In this document: positions 61,190 through 64,000 of the stretch, piece by piece | Position numbering within the stretch: position 1 is the stretch's first letter | Layout: each line of letters opens with the position of its first letter | Origin: Actinomycetota bacterium | Lineage (GTDB): Bacteria; Actinomycetota; Actinomycetes; Nanopelagicales; Nanopelagicaceae | Length of the DNA stretch: 64,000 bases | Assembly (NCBI GenBank): GCA_041181125.1 | Contig: JBEGQD010000070.1 | Coordinates: forward strand, 3,102-67,101 | Direction: 5' to 3' | Translations under genes and position numbers: made by a program | The notes under the pieces: model-generated | Seen by the model: the letters and a program-made list of their open reading frames with translations, nothing else | What the model was told of the DNA's origin: nothing | Database searches by the model: none

Positions 61190-62562
61190 TGAGTAATCCA
61201 AGCAATTATCCAACCTCATTATTTTCAAGCAATTTAACCTTTAAAAGTGAAAATAAAAGTGGTGGTGTCTTATCTATTGCAGGTTGTTCTGCTGAAAAAT
61301 TGGTAAAGGAGTTTGGTTCACCGTTATTTGTACTCGATCAAGAGGATTTCTACCTGCGCGCGAAAGCTTGGCGCGCTGCTTTAGATAACTCATTTGGAAG
61401 CGGTCAGCTTTATTACGCAGCTAAATCATTTATATGTGTTGAGGTTGCTAAGTGGTTAAAGGACTTAAAACTGGGTTTAGATGTTTGTAGTGGCGGCGAG
61501 TTAGCGGTTGCTCTGGCTGCAGATTTTCCAGCGCAAGATATTGAGTTTCATGGGAATAACAAATCAGAGGTTGAAATAAGGAGCGCAGTAAAGGCTGGTG
61601 TTGGAACAATTGTTATTGATTCATTTGACGAGCTAAATCGAGTTGCAACAATTGCAAAAGAGTTAGGTAAGGTTCAAAAAGTTTATTTACGCCTAACACC
61701 TGGGGTTGATGCGCATACGCATGAGTTTATTTCTACAGCTCATGAGGATGTTAAGTTTGGCTTCTCAATTGCTTCAGGTGCTGCAGATGAGGCGATTGAA
61801 AAATGTATGTCACAAATTTCATTAAAACTTTCAGGCATTCATTGCCATATTGGTTCTCAGATTTTTGAAGTTGCTGGTTTTAAAGCAGCAGCAGAACGCT
61901 TAGTTACCGTGCTTGCTTCCTTTAGAGATAAATACTCGATGGAGCTACCAGAGTTAAATATTGGCGGCGGATATGGAATTGCTTATACAAAAGATGAAAG
62001 TGCCATCTCGCCAGATCTAGTAATTCCAGCAATTGCTGCGGTTATCAAAGATGAGTGCGCAAAAGCTAAGTTAGCGCTACCAAGAATCTCAATTGAACCC
62101 GGTAGAGCAATTGTTGGACCGACAACAACAACTATTTATGTAGTTGGTACAACTAAATCTGTAAAGCTAGAAAACGGTGCTGAACGTAAGTATGTTTCAG
62201 TAGATGGCGGAATGAGTGAAAATATTCGTCCAGCTTTATATGGCGCGGTCTACTCAGCATTTTTAGCTAATCGCAGCTCAACCGCAAAATTAATCTCAAG
62301 TCGAGTAGTTGGAAAGCATTGCGAGAGTGGCGACATATTAATTTCTGAGATTGATTTACCTGCAGATATTGCTGCTGGGGATCTACTTGCAATTCCGGCA
62401 ACTGGTGCGTATGGAAGAAGCATGGCTAGCAATTACAACCATATTGCACGCCCATCTGTTGTAGCGGTCATAAATGGCACCGCTCGTGAGATTTTGCGCA
62501 GGGAAAATGAGCAGGATTTGCTTAATTTGGATGTAAATCAACCGCCACGGCAGCTGTCATAA
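61189..62562 (+). CDS. lysA: Diaminopimelate decarboxylase
   Basis: YAAKS PLP lysine, HCHIGSQ, GGG, EPGR, HCESGD, GAYG..MASNYN. Confidence 0.96.
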   Translation: MSNPSNYPTSLFSSNLTFKSENKSGGVLSIAGCSAEKLVKEFGSPLFVLDQEDFYLRAKAWRAALDNSFGSGQLYYAAKSFICVEVAKWLKDLKLGLDVCSGGELAVALAADFPAQDIEFHGNNKSEVEIRSAVKAGVGTIVIDSFDELNRVATIAKELGKVQKVYLRLTPGVDAHTHEFISTAHEDVKFGFSIASGAADEAIEKCMSQISLKLSGIHCHIGSQIFEVAGFKAAAERLVTVLASFRDKYSMELPELNIGGGYGIAYTKDESAISPDLVIPAIAAVIKDECAKAKLALPRISIEPGRAIVGPTTTTIYVVGTTKSVKLENGAERKYVSVDGGMSENIRPALYGAVYSAFLANRSSTAKLISSRVVGKHCESGDILISEIDLPADIAAGDLLAIPATGAYGRSMASNYNHIARPSVVAVINGTAREILRRENEQDLLNLDVNQPPRQLS

Positions 62563-62580
62563 GTTTGAGATACTTCTCTG

Positions 62581-63864
62581 ATGAAGACTCTTAAAGTTGG
62601 CATGCTTGGCGCTGGGGTAGTTGGTTCCCAGGTGGCCAAACTTTTAGTTGCTAATAAATCAGATTTAGCAGCTAGGGCGGGTGCCAATTTAGAGTTGGTT
62701 TCAGTTGCGGTGAAAGATATCAAAGCCAAGCGTGATGGCATCGCTAATCAGCTGTTAACAGCAGATGCACTTTCAATCGTAAATGATCCACAAATAGATT
62801 TAGTAATTGAAGTTATTGGCGGTATTGATCCAGCCAAAGATTTAATTTTAAAAGCACTTAACAACGGAAAATCGGTTGTAACTGCAAATAAGGCACTGCT
62901 TGCCAAGCATGGTTCTGAGCTATATGCCGCAGCGGACAAAGCAAATGTTGATTTATATTACGAAGCAGCAGTTGCTGGAGCAATTCCAATTCTTAGGCCA
63001 CTACGTGAGTCATTAGTAGGTGATCATGTAATTAGAATTATGGGAATTGTTAATGGTACAACTAATTACATTTTGACAAAGATGGATGAGAATGGCGCAG
63101 CATTTTCAGATGCGTTAAAGGAAGCACAATCACTTGGATTTGCTGAATCTGATCCAACTGCAGATATTGAAGGCTTTGATGCAGCAGCAAAAGCTGCAAT
63201 CTTGGCAGGACTTGCATTTCACTCTCGAGTAAGTGATTCAGATGTTTATCGAGAAGGAATTAGTAAAATTACTGCATCAGATGTAAAGGTAGCTAAAGCA
63301 ATTGAGATGGTCATCAAATTACTTGCAATCGCTGAGTTAACTCCAGAGGGTGCAATCTCGGTGCGAGTTCATCCAGCATTAATCCCTCGCACTCATCCAC
63401 TCGCATCAGTACGTGAATCATTTAATGCAGTTTTTGTGGAGGCACAATCTGCTGGACAAATGATGTTTTATGGCAAGGGTGCAGGTGGCGAGCCAACTGC
63501 AAGTGCAATCCTTGGAGATTTAGTTGCAGTAGCCAGACATAAAGTAAGTGGTGGAATTGGACCAAAAGAGAGTGATTATGCCGACTTAAAGATTGCTCAA
63601 GTTGGTCAAACAAAAACTCGTTATTTAATTAGATTAAATGTGGCTGATAAGCCTGGTGTTTTAGAATCAGTAGCCCATGTATTTGCATCTCATCAAGTAT
63701 CAATACAAACAGTTAGACAAACCGGTGCTGGCGATAAGGCTGAGTTAATTGTTATGACACACATTTCAAGTGAAGCAGCATTATCGGCAACTGTTAAAGA
63801 TCTTAAAAATCTACCTGCCGTTACTGATGTAGCGAGTGTGCTTCGAGTTGAAGGTGTTAACTAA
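62581..63864 (+). CDS. hom: Homoserine dehydrogenase with C-terminal ACT domain
   Basis: GAGVVG, VVTANKA, EAAVAGAIP, NGTTNYIL, GAGGEPTASA. Confidence 0.96.
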   Translation: MKTLKVGMLGAGVVGSQVAKLLVANKSDLAARAGANLELVSVAVKDIKAKRDGIANQLLTADALSIVNDPQIDLVIEVIGGIDPAKDLILKALNNGKSVVTANKALLAKHGSELYAAADKANVDLYYEAAVAGAIPILRPLRESLVGDHVIRIMGIVNGTTNYILTKMDENGAAFSDALKEAQSLGFAESDPTADIEGFDAAAKAAILAGLAFHSRVSDSDVYREGISKITASDVKVAKAIEMVIKLLAIAELTPEGAISVRVHPALIPRTHPLASVRESFNAVFVEAQSAGQMMFYGKGAGGEPTASAILGDLVAVARHKVSGGIGPKESDYADLKIAQVGQTKTRYLIRLNVADKPGVLESVAHVFASHQVSIQTVRQTGAGDKAELIVMTHISSEAALSATVKDLKNLPAVTDVASVLRVEGVN

Positions 63865-64000
63865 TGGGCTTATTTAGCAAAAAAGGTAAGCATCAATGGC
63901 GAGGAGTAATAGAAGAGTATCGAAGCTGGCTGCCGGTAAGTGATCAAACTCCAGTCATATCATTATGCGAAGGTGGAACACCACTCGTGCATGCAGGTTA
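63864..64000 (+). CDS. thrC: Threonine synthase, 3'-truncated by the window edge
   Basis: MGLFSKKGKHQWRGVIEEYRSWLPV..TPVISLCEGGTPL; follows hom. Confidence 0.88.
   Translation, partial: MGLFSKKGKHQWRGVIEEYRSWLPVSDQTPVISLCEGGTPLVHAG

Overview
This is a gene-dense, roughly 40% GC (estimated by eye) core-genome window from a streamlined freshwater actinobacterium. Actinorhodopsin, Ni-SOD, a GH18 chitinase-like gene, an FMN-riboswitch/PnuX unit and actinobacterial gene order point to the acI lineage (Ca. Nanopelagicales, probably Nanopelagicus; inferred). It carries about 57 CDSs: polyol ABC/dehydrogenase, fumarase, ispH, rmuC, ychF, typA, adnAB, nudC, uvrD2, whiB7, copA, rsgA, aroA, sigR-rsrA, sodN/sodX, kgd, tadABC, argG, pnt, argF, clpS, actR, murI-rph-rdgB, oatA-like, and argS-lysA-hom-thrC. 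It also has tRNA-fMet and tRNA-Leu(TAG). I found no mobile element, prophage or CRISPR. The most interesting signals are regulatory and mostly missing from the ORF track: (1) a complete leaderless-uORF/antiterminator/terminator attenuator before whiB7; (2) a stand-alone ~78-nt hairpin sRNA candidate with its own promoter and an AAGGGGAAG loop, next to a DnaA-box-like cluster; (3) a two-promoter, two-isoform sigR design plus a second SigR promoter at pirin; (4) PafBC-type DNA-damage promoters at rmuC and adnA; (5) a histone-H1-like tail/TM/FN3 protein near a hendecad coiled-coil protein; (6) a degenerate GGDEF protein retaining its I-site upstream of a minimal tad locus; (7) an operator and structured leader at actinorhodopsin; (8) pervasive leaderless promoters. 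All family calls come from motif recognition, not database searches.
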